DNA of 33,882 nucleotides from an uncultured Bryobacterales bacterium (GCA_964649285.1 CAZYOX010000004.1:1-33882), one strand, 5' to 3'; positions 9,159 through 17,827 are shown, numbered from the stretch's first letter. Numbers and translations: made by a program. The notes: generated from the letters alone by a model not told the origin.

Positions 9159-10505
9159 ATGTTTCTCACGAAAAAGGCTATTCCTAGGCGAACGATCCTC
9201 AAGAGCGCGCAAGCTGTTATTGGCTTGCCTTTGCTCGACGCGATGATACCGGCTTCGACGGCGTGGGCCGATACGCCCGCGAAACCCGTGTCCAGGCTCG
9301 GCTTCGTGTTTGTTCCGATGGGCTGCGATGCGTCGCGCTGGACGCCGCCAGGCGAGGGGACACTGGATACGCTCTCGCCTATTCTCGCTTCGCTTAAGCC
9401 AGTTAAAGAGCATCTCAGCGTAATCACCAATATGCGGTTGCCGAATGCTTATCCGGGTACGCACGACACGTCTAACTCCGCATTCTTGAGCGCCGCGCGC
9501 GCCAAGCACACCGAGAGTTCAGATTATTTCTTAGGCGTGACGGTCGACCAGATCGCGGCCAAGCAGATCGGCAGCGACACCCAGCTGCCTTCGCTGGAGC
9601 TCTCAATGGATCTCAACCCGCTCGCCGGCGTCTGTAACAACGGCTACGCGTGCGTGTATCAGAACTGTCTATCCTGGTCGTCCGCTACGACTCCTCTTCC
9701 CTCGGAGGCGCATCCGCGCGTTGTTTTCGAGCGTATGTTCGGACAAGGCGGCGATGCCGCGACCCGCCTGTTGGCGTTGCAGAACCGGGCCAGCTTGCTC
9801 GATTCGGTGACTGGGGAAATCGCGAAACTCAAGCAGAGCGTCGGCAACCACGACCGCGCGCGAATCGATCAATATTTGGAAAGCGTTCGTGACGTCGAGC
9901 GTGAGATCCAACGGGCCGAAGAAGCGGTAGCGGAAAACAAGACTCCTGACCTGGATCGTCCGGTGGGCGTTCCGGATGCGTTTGCCGACCATGTGAAGCT
10001 TATGTTCGACTTGCAGATTCTAGCTTTCCAGGCGGATATCACGCGTGTCGTCACTTTCCAGCTCACGAGGGAACAGAGCAATCGTACGTATCCGGAGATT
10101 GGCGTCAATGACCCGCATCATCCAACCAGCCACCACGGCGGCAACCCGGAAAAGGTCGAGAAGATCGCGAAGATCAATGCGTTTCACGTTTCGCTGTTCT
10201 CAGAGTTCCTGCAGAGAATGAAGGCCACTAGCGAAGGTGATGGATCGCTGCTTGATCACTCGGTATATCTCTACGGCAGCGGTATGGGGAATCCGAGCCT
10301 TCATGACCACGAGAACCTGCCCATCCTTGTGGCTGGCGGTTCGTCGACAGGCCTGAAAGGCAACAAGCACATCAGGTACGCGGAGGGAACAACTCTTGCG
10401 AACCTCCATCTCACGCTGCTTGATCGGGTTGGCGTCAAACTGGATTCGTGGGTGGACAGCACCGGAAAGGTAGAAGACCTTTTCGACAGCGTAGACCTCG
10501 CTTAA
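9159..10505 (+). CDS. DUF1552 (HXXSHH) family protein, Tat-exported
   Basis: AAGGAG RBS, twin-arginine 'PRRTILK', 'LPLLDAM', 'HHPTSHH' motif, 'CNNGYACVY', 'LANLHLTLL'. Confidence 0.9.
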   Translation: MFLTKKAIPRRTILKSAQAVIGLPLLDAMIPASTAWADTPAKPVSRLGFVFVPMGCDASRWTPPGEGTLDTLSPILASLKPVKEHLSVITNMRLPNAYPGTHDTSNSAFLSAARAKHTESSDYFLGVTVDQIAAKQIGSDTQLPSLELSMDLNPLAGVCNNGYACVYQNCLSWSSATTPLPSEAHPRVVFERMFGQGGDAATRLLALQNRASLLDSVTGEIAKLKQSVGNHDRARIDQYLESVRDVEREIQRAEEAVAENKTPDLDRPVGVPDAFADHVKLMFDLQILAFQADITRVVTFQLTREQSNRTYPEIGVNDPHHPTSHHGGNPEKVEKIAKINAFHVSLFSEFLQRMKATSEGDGSLLDHSVYLYGSGMGNPSLHDHENLPILVAGGSSTGLKGNKHIRYAEGTTLANLHLTLLDRVGVKLDSWVDSTGKVEDLFDSVDLA

Positions 10506-10515
10506 GGAGATTCAC

Positions 10516-12081
10516 ATGCACTGGCGAAATGTAAGTGGACTGGCATTGCTGGGTATGAGCCTCGCCGCCTCCGCTGGCGCGGCGTCAAGTTCGGCCTTGG
10601 CCGACGCTGCGGAACATCGCGACCAGGCCAGCTTGGGCGCACTCCTCAAAACGGGCGCCGACGTGAACGGAACGCAGGTCGATGGGACGACTGCGCTCCA
10701 CTGGGCGGTGTATAACGACGACTTAGCGACCGCTGAACTGCTCGTCAAGTCTGGCGCTGACGTGAACGCTGTGAACCGATACGGCATCCAGCCATTGGTT
10801 ACAGCTTGTAGGAACGGCAACGCCGGCTTGGTCAAGCTGCTCTTGGAAGCCGGAGCAAACCCGAATACCACATTGAAGGGCGGGGAAACCGTTCTTATGC
10901 TGGCGTCGCGCTCGGGGAATGTCGACGCTGTGAAGGCGCTGCTCGGGCGCGATGCGAACACCAGTGCTCGCGAGCGGCTTGGGCAGACGGCGCTGATGTG
11001 GGCTGCGGCCGATGGGCACACAGAGGTCGTTCGCGCGTTGATCGAGGCGGGAGCCGACGTCAATGCGGCTTCTGAGGCCGGGTTTACGCCGACTCTTTAC
11101 GCCGTTCGGCAGGGCCGTCTTGAGACGGTTCGAGAACTGCTCAAAGCAGGGGTTGATGTGAACGCTATGCTCAAGCGTCCGGAGCGCCAGCAGCCCGCTC
11201 CAGGCCAGGGCGGCGGACCGGGAAGGCGCCCAAATCCGGGCATGAGTCTGTTGGCGATGGCCGTGCAGAACGCTCACTTTGAGCTGGCCATCGCTCTGAT
11301 CGAGGCGGGGGCCGATCCGAACGATATTCGGACTGGATTGACTCCGCTCCATATGATTCCCGGCGTGCGGAAACCGGACAACAGCGACGGCAGCGATCCC
11401 GCGCCGCCCATCGGATCGGGCAGTCTATCCACCTTCGACTTCGTGCGTGAACTTGTAAAGCGAGGCGCCGACATCAATGCCCGTTTGCCCGAGTCCACGC
11501 GAAGGATGCCTGGTACGTCTTCGGGTGTAGGCGCGGGCGGCGGAGCGACGCCGTTTGTGCTAGCGGCTGATCGGGGCGATGTTCCTCTCATGCGCCTGCT
11601 TATCGAACTCGGCGCCGATCCCCTGCTGCCGACATTCACGAACACCACGTCTCTCATGGCTGCGGCCGGCGTCGGCACAGCAGAACCGGCGGAGGAGGCG
11701 GGAGAGGAAGCCGAAGCTCTGGAAGCGGTGACTCTGCTGCTTGATCTCGGCGCTGATATCAATGCTGTCAATGACGACGGCGATACGGCGATGCACGGAG
11801 CCGCGTACAATATCTCCCCGCTGGTCGTGAAGTTGTTGGCGGAGCGAGGCGCTGATCCGAATATCTGGAATAAACCCAACAAAGATGGCGTGACGCCGCT
11901 CTTCATCGCCGAAGGGTACAACGTGCGTCTTCCGCGTCCGGATGCGGAGACGACCGCGGCGATTCGCGAGCTCATGGTCAAAGCCGGCTTGCCAATTGAC
12001 GGCGAAAGGCCCAAGATGGTCGATTCGTATGCGGAGCCCGCTCCGGAACCGGCCAAGCCTGCCACAGCAACCACGAAGTAA
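10516..12081 (+). CDS. Secreted ankyrin-repeat protein
   Basis: TAAGGAG RBS overlapping the upstream stop. Signal peptide. Many G.TALH/TPL...LL..GADVN repeats. Confidence 0.92.
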   Translation: MHWRNVSGLALLGMSLAASAGAASSSALADAAEHRDQASLGALLKTGADVNGTQVDGTTALHWAVYNDDLATAELLVKSGADVNAVNRYGIQPLVTACRNGNAGLVKLLLEAGANPNTTLKGGETVLMLASRSGNVDAVKALLGRDANTSARERLGQTALMWAAADGHTEVVRALIEAGADVNAASEAGFTPTLYAVRQGRLETVRELLKAGVDVNAMLKRPERQQPAPGQGGGPGRRPNPGMSLLAMAVQNAHFELAIALIEAGADPNDIRTGLTPLHMIPGVRKPDNSDGSDPAPPIGSGSLSTFDFVRELVKRGADINARLPESTRRMPGTSSGVGAGGGATPFVLAADRGDVPLMRLLIELGADPLLPTFTNTTSLMAAAGVGTAEPAEEAGEEAEALEAVTLLLDLGADINAVNDDGDTAMHGAAYNISPLVVKLLAERGADPNIWNKPNKDGVTPLFIAEGYNVRLPRPDAETTAAIRELMVKAGLPIDGERPKMVDSYAEPAPEPAKPATATTK

Positions 12082-12282
12082 GTCGCGGGCGGAAACGCAT
12101 CAAAGCCGACTAACGAAGGCAACCGGCTGGAACCAGGAACCCAGCCGGTCTGCCGAATCGGCGATGGCGGAGGTCCGCGGGCAGCCGCATGACGCAGCCG
12201 CCGGAAACGCTAGCTGCGGATAGCGGCCACAAGCTAAGATACGAACGGTCACGGATGGTCTATAAGTTATGGGAGTCTCAAT

Positions 12283-12915
12283 ATGATTGGTCGAAATTTG
12301 CTGGCGGTTGTTCTACTAGCCAGCGCGGTCTGTGCGGCCCAAAGCACGCCGCCGAACACCCTCAGCGCCGCCGAGAAAGCGGAGGGCTACGAACTCTTGT
12401 TTGATGGAAAGACGTTCACCGCTTTCGACCCGGCATCGGATAGGGACAAGGTTTGGAGTATCGTCGACGGCTCGCTCAAGAGCGATGCGACTAAAGGCGG
12501 CAGCCGTCTGGCGACAAAGGAAGAGTACGCAAACTTTATCCTGAAGACGGAATTTATGGCAGATCCCCGCGTTCACGCGCATCTCTGGCTGCGCAGCGGA
12601 CGACCCAGGGGCGGATACGAACTGCAAATCAAGGACTACAACCCGAATAACACGGCGGTCGGAAGCATCACGGCCAGCATTACCAACGTCGGTCATGCAC
12701 CCCCCGGGACAAAGATCGTTCCGGGAGTCTGGAACACTCTCGAAGTGAGAATGGAAGGCACGCACTTAACGGTGATCTATAACGGAAAGAAGACGGTCGA
12801 TGTTAACGATTCGAAGTATGCGACGGGCCTAATCAGCTTACATGTGGCTACGCCGGAGCTTGCGCCGGGCGAGAACATAGCCTGGCGTAACTTGAAAATC
12901 AAACGGCTCCCCTAA
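12283..12915 (+). CDS. DUF1080 (3-keto-disaccharide hydrolase/glucal hydratase-like) secreted protein
   Basis: Signal peptide, 'NTLSAAEKAEGYELLFDGK', 'W.IVDG', 'YANFILK.EF', 'GYELQI', 'WNTLEV', 'WRNLKIK'. Confidence 0.88.
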   Translation: MIGRNLLAVVLLASAVCAAQSTPPNTLSAAEKAEGYELLFDGKTFTAFDPASDRDKVWSIVDGSLKSDATKGGSRLATKEEYANFILKTEFMADPRVHAHLWLRSGRPRGGYELQIKDYNPNNTAVGSITASITNVGHAPPGTKIVPGVWNTLEVRMEGTHLTVIYNGKKTVDVNDSKYATGLISLHVATPELAPGENIAWRNLKIKRLP

Positions 12916-12936
12916 CGAAGTTCGTCACAACCGCTA

Positions 12937-12978
12937 GGCCCTGGGACCCCGGGGCCAACCCCCAATCCTTCCTTTTTA
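12937..12978 (+). terminator. Possible intrinsic terminator after DUF1080
   Basis: GC hairpin ggccctgg/ccggggcc (12937-12956), followed at some distance by a pyrimidine and T run. Confidence 0.35.
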
Positions 12979-13148
12979 ACTTTAAGGGCGTGCTGACATC
13001 CGTCGCTCCCGCCGCGCTCGTCTCTTTTCCGAGCGCATACCAGAGGACTGCCCGCTCCTAGGCTCATTCTTGAGCCACGGTGTTAATACGGGAGACGATG
13101 GTAAGAACCAACGGCATTATTTGCAATGAATAACTAAGTCGGGCCGGT

Positions 13149-14132
13149 TTACTTGGCCCAAGCATCGTAACGAGCGCCGATGTTAGCTGCCGCCGCGTCA
13201 CCGGGATGAAATACCACCAAGTAGCGGAAGTGCAACTTCTCGCCCGGCTGGAGCGTGATCGAGCCGTCACGGCTGGGGTCGTCGAAGAAGTCGTGCTCAC
13301 CGAAGATATTTGCGGCGAACAGGCCATAAGCCCGTACGTGCCAATAAGTTGGATGCTTGGGGTTAGATGGATGGTCGAAGATGGCAACACCGTAAGTCTT
13401 ACCGCCGATGGGACCCGAATAGTCGACCCAGGCCGATGGTTTGCCCCACGTATTGGCCTCGCCCTTGGCGCCCTCGGCGTTGACGATGACGCCTCCCCCT
13501 GGTCCGCCGCCTATCGCTTCCTCGCGCATCGAGTCATAAAGACGGATGGCGAAAGTACCTTCCTTGGTGTCGCCGAATCGCACCGCTTCCTCGTTCGCTG
13601 TGAGCGTCAAGTCGAAGTCCATGGTGCGGACGTCCCCGTCCTGGGCAAAGCGAACGGTCCTCGCCTCGGTCAGCAGCGGCTGTCCGTCCTTCCCCACCCA
13701 CTCGAACTCCGCGGACAGCGAGTCGCCGCCCACCGCGCCAACGGACTTGAGCACAATGTCGCCCCGGTTGGCGGCGCCTTCGGAGTTGGCCCAAAAGTTG
13801 GTGCCGTTGACTTGGTCGTGCGCGAACCACAGTCCTCTATGGTGCGGGTGATCGTCCGACTCGCCCGGCACGTCCTTGACCATGGGGTATTGCCGGGACA
13901 CGATTGTTCCATCCGCCGCCCGCAGCGGGTGAAAGTAGGGCGTCGGGCCCTCGGGGCTCAGGTAGAGAGTCGTAAATGGCTCCCCTCCCAGTGAGACGTC
14001 GATCTGGTCGTCGTGCTGATCGAACGAGACCGCCGGCGGCGCGGGTTCCGCGGGTGGCGCTTCGGCCGAACAGCCGAGCAGCAAGAGCGCCGCTGCTATG
14101 GGAATGAAGAAGGAGATGGATCGACAGTTCAC
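13149..14132 (-). CDS. PmoA-family/DUF6807 lipoprotein (not a methane monooxygenase)
   Basis: Lipobox LLLGC, 'PYFHPL', 'DHPHHRGLWF', 'FGDTKEG.FAIR', 'WVDYSG', 'FDHPSN..HP..WH.R.YGL'. Confidence 0.85.
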   Translation of the reverse strand: MNCRSISFFIPIAAALLLLGCSAEAPPAEPAPPAVSFDQHDDQIDVSLGGEPFTTLYLSPEGPTPYFHPLRAADGTIVSRQYPMVKDVPGESDDHPHHRGLWFAHDQVNGTNFWANSEGAANRGDIVLKSVGAVGGDSLSAEFEWVGKDGQPLLTEARTVRFAQDGDVRTMDFDLTLTANEEAVRFGDTKEGTFAIRLYDSMREEAIGGGPGGGVIVNAEGAKGEANTWGKPSAWVDYSGPIGGKTYGVAIFDHPSNPKHPTYWHVRAYGLFAANIFGEHDFFDDPSRDGSITLQPGEKLHFRYLVVFHPGDAAAANIGARYDAWAK

Positions 14133-14172
14133 TGGCCAACCAGCATAGCGAAAATTTCGTGGGGCGGCTTGG

Positions 14173-15579
14173 CTACTCGCCGCGACGGTGCATCAGATAC
14201 AGGCGGCGCGATGATCCGGACACTGCTTCGCTCTTCTCGATGACGAAGCGTTTTGCGAAGGCTTCCTCGAAACCAGCCTGGTCATAACGATCGAAGATGT
14301 CCTCGCGCGTTCGCAGCATACGCTGGACTTGAGAGTCCTGTTTCGGTACGAACTCGATAATCAGGCTCTTGCAGAGCCGCGAGAAGTAGTTCGCTGCTTT
14401 CTCCAGGGGCACATTGTTGGCGATGGCCAAGTGATGGATCAGCGCTAGGGCCATAACCAAGTCTGCCGGCCCGCGCGCTTCGAGAGAATCTCGTTCTTCT
14501 CCTGCCCAACCGATGCCGTTGCTGGGGTTGGTCAGGTCACCGACAAGCGGCAACAGATTCTTCGCGCCCTCCTTGCGGCACTGCTGGAAGTTCGCCTCCA
14601 CGGCGGCCGGGTCGAAATCGATGGCAGTCGTGTCGATTCCTTTTTCGCTGGCGATCCGGCTAAAAACGCCCGTGTTGGCGCCCAAATCCCAGACGCTTGC
14701 CGGACGGGCGGCATCGATGAAGCTTGAGACGATTTCCCGCTTCAGCGCGAACGACTCGTCTGAATAATTCGTTGCCGAATAGTAGTTGGCCCAGTCGCCC
14801 TTGGGCGTCCAGTTCAGGCCTTCGACTGCTTTGTAAAGGCTGTCGAACAGGCCTTCCATTCCGAGGCGACCGACTTTCTTCCGCTCGACTTCGCCCTTAT
14901 TTCCCTCGTCCGCGTTGCGTTCCTGGCTCTTGGCATGCAGATGGATGTGCATCAGCAAGGAGGGCTTGAGCCGCGTCTTGCCGGGCAACAAGGTTGCCGC
15001 TAGATCGATGGGGAGCCCGTCGATGTAGTTCCGCAACAGTGAGGCCAACCGCACGTCCACGTGAGCGATCAGCGCGAGCGGCGCCAGGAAGTGCTGACAA
15101 AACTGCCGGTAACCGGTCCATGGCCTGCCTTCCGCGTACTTTTCAAACGACAGTGTGTCGATAAATACCGGCCGCGAACCCTGAAACTGGATATTGTAGG
15201 CGCTAGCGTCCTTCAACGTCATGCCGTGCTCGAAAGCGATCTTTTGGATGCGCAAGGTGGTCAGCGCAGCTTGCTGCAACTGGCCGAAGCACCACTCATA
15301 CGGATACGAGATGAGGCCAATCCGTTCGGGGGCGAGCACCTGATAGGCGTCCGGCGCCGCGGACTCCTGGGGCCCTAGCTCGACATGAGGAATGAGCAGA
15401 CCCTCTTGCGTCAGGGCATCGTACAGCCCCGAACGCATCAAGTGGTCATAGTTTTCCTGATAGCGGCGATTGACTTGCCGCAGCACTTGGCCGCCGCGCC
15501 TGAACACGAAGCCGCTCGGATCGCGAAACGATCCGCCAACCCTCTCTGCGATCGCCTCAATGCTACTTGCGCTTGCCAA
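14173..15579 (-). CDS. NoeA-like protein: N-terminal kinase-like domain plus C-terminal class I SAM methyltransferase
   Basis: 'GSFRDPSG', 'ISYPYEW', 'LKDASAYNIQF', 'FIDTLSF', then 'VWDLGANTG', 'ALALIHH', 'IIEFVP'. Start uncertain; TTG at 15579 chosen because it overlaps the upstream small ORF stop. Confidence 0.82.
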   Translation of the reverse strand: MASASSIEAIAERVGGSFRDPSGFVFRRGGQVLRQVNRRYQENYDHLMRSGLYDALTQEGLLIPHVELGPQESAAPDAYQVLAPERIGLISYPYEWCFGQLQQAALTTLRIQKIAFEHGMTLKDASAYNIQFQGSRPVFIDTLSFEKYAEGRPWTGYRQFCQHFLAPLALIAHVDVRLASLLRNYIDGLPIDLAATLLPGKTRLKPSLLMHIHLHAKSQERNADEGNKGEVERKKVGRLGMEGLFDSLYKAVEGLNWTPKGDWANYYSATNYSDESFALKREIVSSFIDAARPASVWDLGANTGVFSRIASEKGIDTTAIDFDPAAVEANFQQCRKEGAKNLLPLVGDLTNPSNGIGWAGEERDSLEARGPADLVMALALIHHLAIANNVPLEKAANYFSRLCKSLIIEFVPKQDSQVQRMLRTREDIFDRYDQAGFEEAFAKRFVIEKSEAVSGSSRRLYLMHRRGE

Positions 15580-15772
15580 ACTTTTCTCGAATCGCCGTCT
15601 TGATGCTGAGCCAAGACGATTTAATGGCAAATGCGACGCCGAGGAAGCCCGCCATAGCGACCTGCAGCATATAGCTTCCCGACCCCGGATCGAGATAGCC
15701 TCCGCAGTCGCCGGGCAAAGTTTGCAGTTTTGCTGCCAGCCTGACGGAGATGTTTCGGGACTGAATCGACAC
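15563..15772 (-). CDS. Small single-TM protein with YLDPGSGS motif
   Basis: 'GGYLDPGSGSYMLQVAMAGFLGVAFAIK' followed by a basic tail, AAGGA RBS-like sequence before the GTG, and 3' overlap with the NoeA-like gene. Start uncertain. Confidence 0.7.
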   Translation of the reverse strand: MSIQSRNISVRLAAKLQTLPGDCGGYLDPGSGSYMLQVAMAGFLGVAFAIKSSWLSIKTAIREKFGKRK

Positions 15773-15915
15773 GGTAGTTTCCTTGTTCGCTCGCGGGTGT
15801 GCCGCCAGCGCTACTTCGACTATGGCGTCGCCGAGCTTCCGCGTAAATCAGGTGTTTTGCCGAGAGACGGCGTTGCTGAAGCTCGGCGCTCCAGGCGCCA
15901 AGTAGATGGGGCGCT

Positions 15916-17121
15916 CTAGAGCTGGCCCGCCAAGCTAAACATCGGCAGGTAAAGCGAGATCAACACGAAAGCCACAAAGGCGCCCATCACCAGCATGATG
16001 ACCGGCTCAATGAGGCTAAGCGCGGCGGTCATGGCGTTGGAGACGTCGTCGTCGAAAAACTCGGCGACGGAGTCCAACATGGCGGGCAGGGCGCCCGTGG
16101 ACTCGCCGACCTGGATCATTTCCACTGCCAGAGGCGGAATCACTCCCGTTTCTGCCAGGCTCTTCGACAAGGGCTGCCCTTCGCGCACCTTCTCCTTCGC
16201 TTGGGAGATAGCCCGACGCAGGATCCGCGATCCTAGCGAGTCGCCCGTCGTTTCCAGCGTCGGCAGCAGCGGGATGCCGCCGTTGAGCAGAGTGCTCATC
16301 AACCGGCAGATCTGCGAGACCTGATACTTCTGCCAGATCTTGCCGAATATCGGCGCGCTGATCTTAAGGCGGTCCAACGAGGACTGCGCCGCATCCGTTC
16401 TCACCCAAGAGACGAGCGCGATCACCATGGCGACGAACGCTCCCGTGATCAACCAAAAATTCTCCGAAAAGGTCACGCCGAAGGCCACCAGCCACTGCGT
16501 CATCTGCGGCAGATCAGCGTCCATCGAGTCGTACAACGAGGCGAACTCCGGAACGACGTATGTCATCAAGAAGAGAATCAACGCCAGCACCAGCACGACT
16601 AACAGGCTGGGGTAGATCAGCGAAACCAGCACCTTCTTGCGCACAGCTAGCGTCACCTTCTGGTACTGCACGTAGCGATCAATCACTTCCGGTAAACTGC
16701 CCGATTTCTCGCCGGCCATGAGCGAGGTCACATAAATCGGCGGGAACGCCTTCTGGGCGCGGAATGCGTCGGACAGCGGAGTTCCCGTCTTTACCGCCGC
16801 GCGAATCGACGCGATATGCCTCTGCAAGGCGCGGTTGCGTATGTTGCCTTCAAGCAGTTCGAGCGATTTGAGGATCGGAAGTCCAGCACGGATCAATGTC
16901 ACGAACTGCTGATTAAAGATCAGGAACTGTTCCAGAGCCAGTTTCTGTCGCTTTATCGACCCTGCGCCGCCAGCCGCAAACAACGGCTTGGCCGAAATCG
17001 AGTAAATTAGCAGCCCTTGCGCGGCGTAACGTGCGCGAAGGTCGTCTTCCGATGCGCCGCTCTCAACCCGTTCGTGGACCATGCCTTGGGGGTCCGCATA
17101 TTTGAGAACGAAGTCGGCCAT
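15916..17121 (-). CDS. Type II secretion system F family / PilC-like inner-membrane platform protein
   Basis: 'LIRAGLPILKSL', 'AGEKSGSL', 'YPSLL', 'VGESTGAL', 'LIEP', 'SLYLPMF'. Start overlaps the lolA stop (TAATG). Confidence 0.92.
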   Translation of the reverse strand: MADFVLKYADPQGMVHERVESGASEDDLRARYAAQGLLIYSISAKPLFAAGGAGSIKRQKLALEQFLIFNQQFVTLIRAGLPILKSLELLEGNIRNRALQRHIASIRAAVKTGTPLSDAFRAQKAFPPIYVTSLMAGEKSGSLPEVIDRYVQYQKVTLAVRKKVLVSLIYPSLLVVLVLALILFLMTYVVPEFASLYDSMDADLPQMTQWLVAFGVTFSENFWLITGAFVAMVIALVSWVRTDAAQSSLDRLKISAPIFGKIWQKYQVSQICRLMSTLLNGGIPLLPTLETTGDSLGSRILRRAISQAKEKVREGQPLSKSLAETGVIPPLAVEMIQVGESTGALPAMLDSVAEFFDDDVSNAMTAALSLIEPVIMLVMGAFVAFVLISLYLPMFSLAGQL

Positions 17122-17786
17122 TACAGGTTGTCGCTAAGAGCGGTCTCGGGCAAGACTTCCGCTCCCGCCGGCGCCTCGAAGACGAACAGCCTCTCGTCCA
17201 ACTGCGGATTCGTGCGTTCGTTGCTGAAGATGAAATCCGTCACCGACTCATCCTGGCCGTGCGCCCGTAGCGCCGACAACCGATAGTCTTGCTGGGGTTC
17301 AAAGTAAAATTCAACCGTCGTGTAGGCTTCCTGTCCGGTGCGCCCCTCGCCCACCAGCACCCGCTTGCCGTCAATCGTTTCGAACCTCAAGTTCTTGAAC
17401 TGTCGCGAGAAATCCAGCCGCCCCAGCAGGAACGACAACGGCGCTCGCAGGTCCACGCTCTGATCCAACAAGATCGTCCGAACCTGGTTCGTGTATGGGT
17501 TGTACTGGTAGAGGCGCTGTCCGTCGCCGATGAGCAGTTTCCCCTTTGGTTCCCGGTAATCCCAGCGCATGCGCTGAGGCCGGTAAAGCAATACCGTGCC
17601 GCTCTCCGCCGGCCGGCTCGCTCCGCCGAAACTCAATGTCTGGGTGAAGTCGATCGACAAGGTAGCCAGCCGGTTGTAGTGCAGTTCGATTGCCTGGCTG
17701 ACTTCGCCGACCGAAGCTTGCTGCGCCTGCAGCAGAGGGGCAGCGAGCATCAGGTATAACAGTGCGGGAATGGTAACGCGCGTCAC
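17121..17786 (-). CDS. lolA: Outer-membrane lipoprotein carrier protein LolA
   Basis: Signal peptide from GTG 17786 (MTRVTIPALLYLMLAAPLLQA), 'DFTQ', 'ESG.V...RP.RMRWDY..P..KL.I.DG', 'F.F.AP.GAEV'. Confidence 0.85.
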   Translation of the reverse strand: MTRVTIPALLYLMLAAPLLQAQQASVGEVSQAIELHYNRLATLSIDFTQTLSFGGASRPAESGTVLLYRPQRMRWDYREPKGKLLIGDGQRLYQYNPYTNQVRTILLDQSVDLRAPLSFLLGRLDFSRQFKNLRFETIDGKRVLVGEGRTGQEAYTTVEFYFEPQQDYRLSALRAHGQDESVTDFIFSNERTNPQLDERLFVFEAPAGAEVLPETALSDNL

Positions 17787-17827
17787 ATAGAGTGTGACGC
17801 GCGGAAACCGAAAATCGTTGACTGGAA

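Noticed and set aside
11274-12122. 282-aa minus-strand ORF, and similar ones at 5649-6524 and 13206-13994
   Set aside because: Each lies antisense to a well-supported gene and gives a low-information translation.
13149-14132. Methane monooxygenase, suggested by the 'PmoA' family name
   Set aside because: Soluble lipoprotein with no TM helices and no pmoB/pmoC; the family name is misleading.
15563-15772. Type IV pilin next to pilC
   Set aside because: No G|FxxxE prepilin motif; Asp-Pro-Gly follows the Gly-Gly and the TM helix is C-terminal.
17783-17797. CRP/FNR box
   Set aside because: The arrangement is TCACA-N5-TGTGA, the reverse order and wrong spacing for TGTGA-N6-TCACA.
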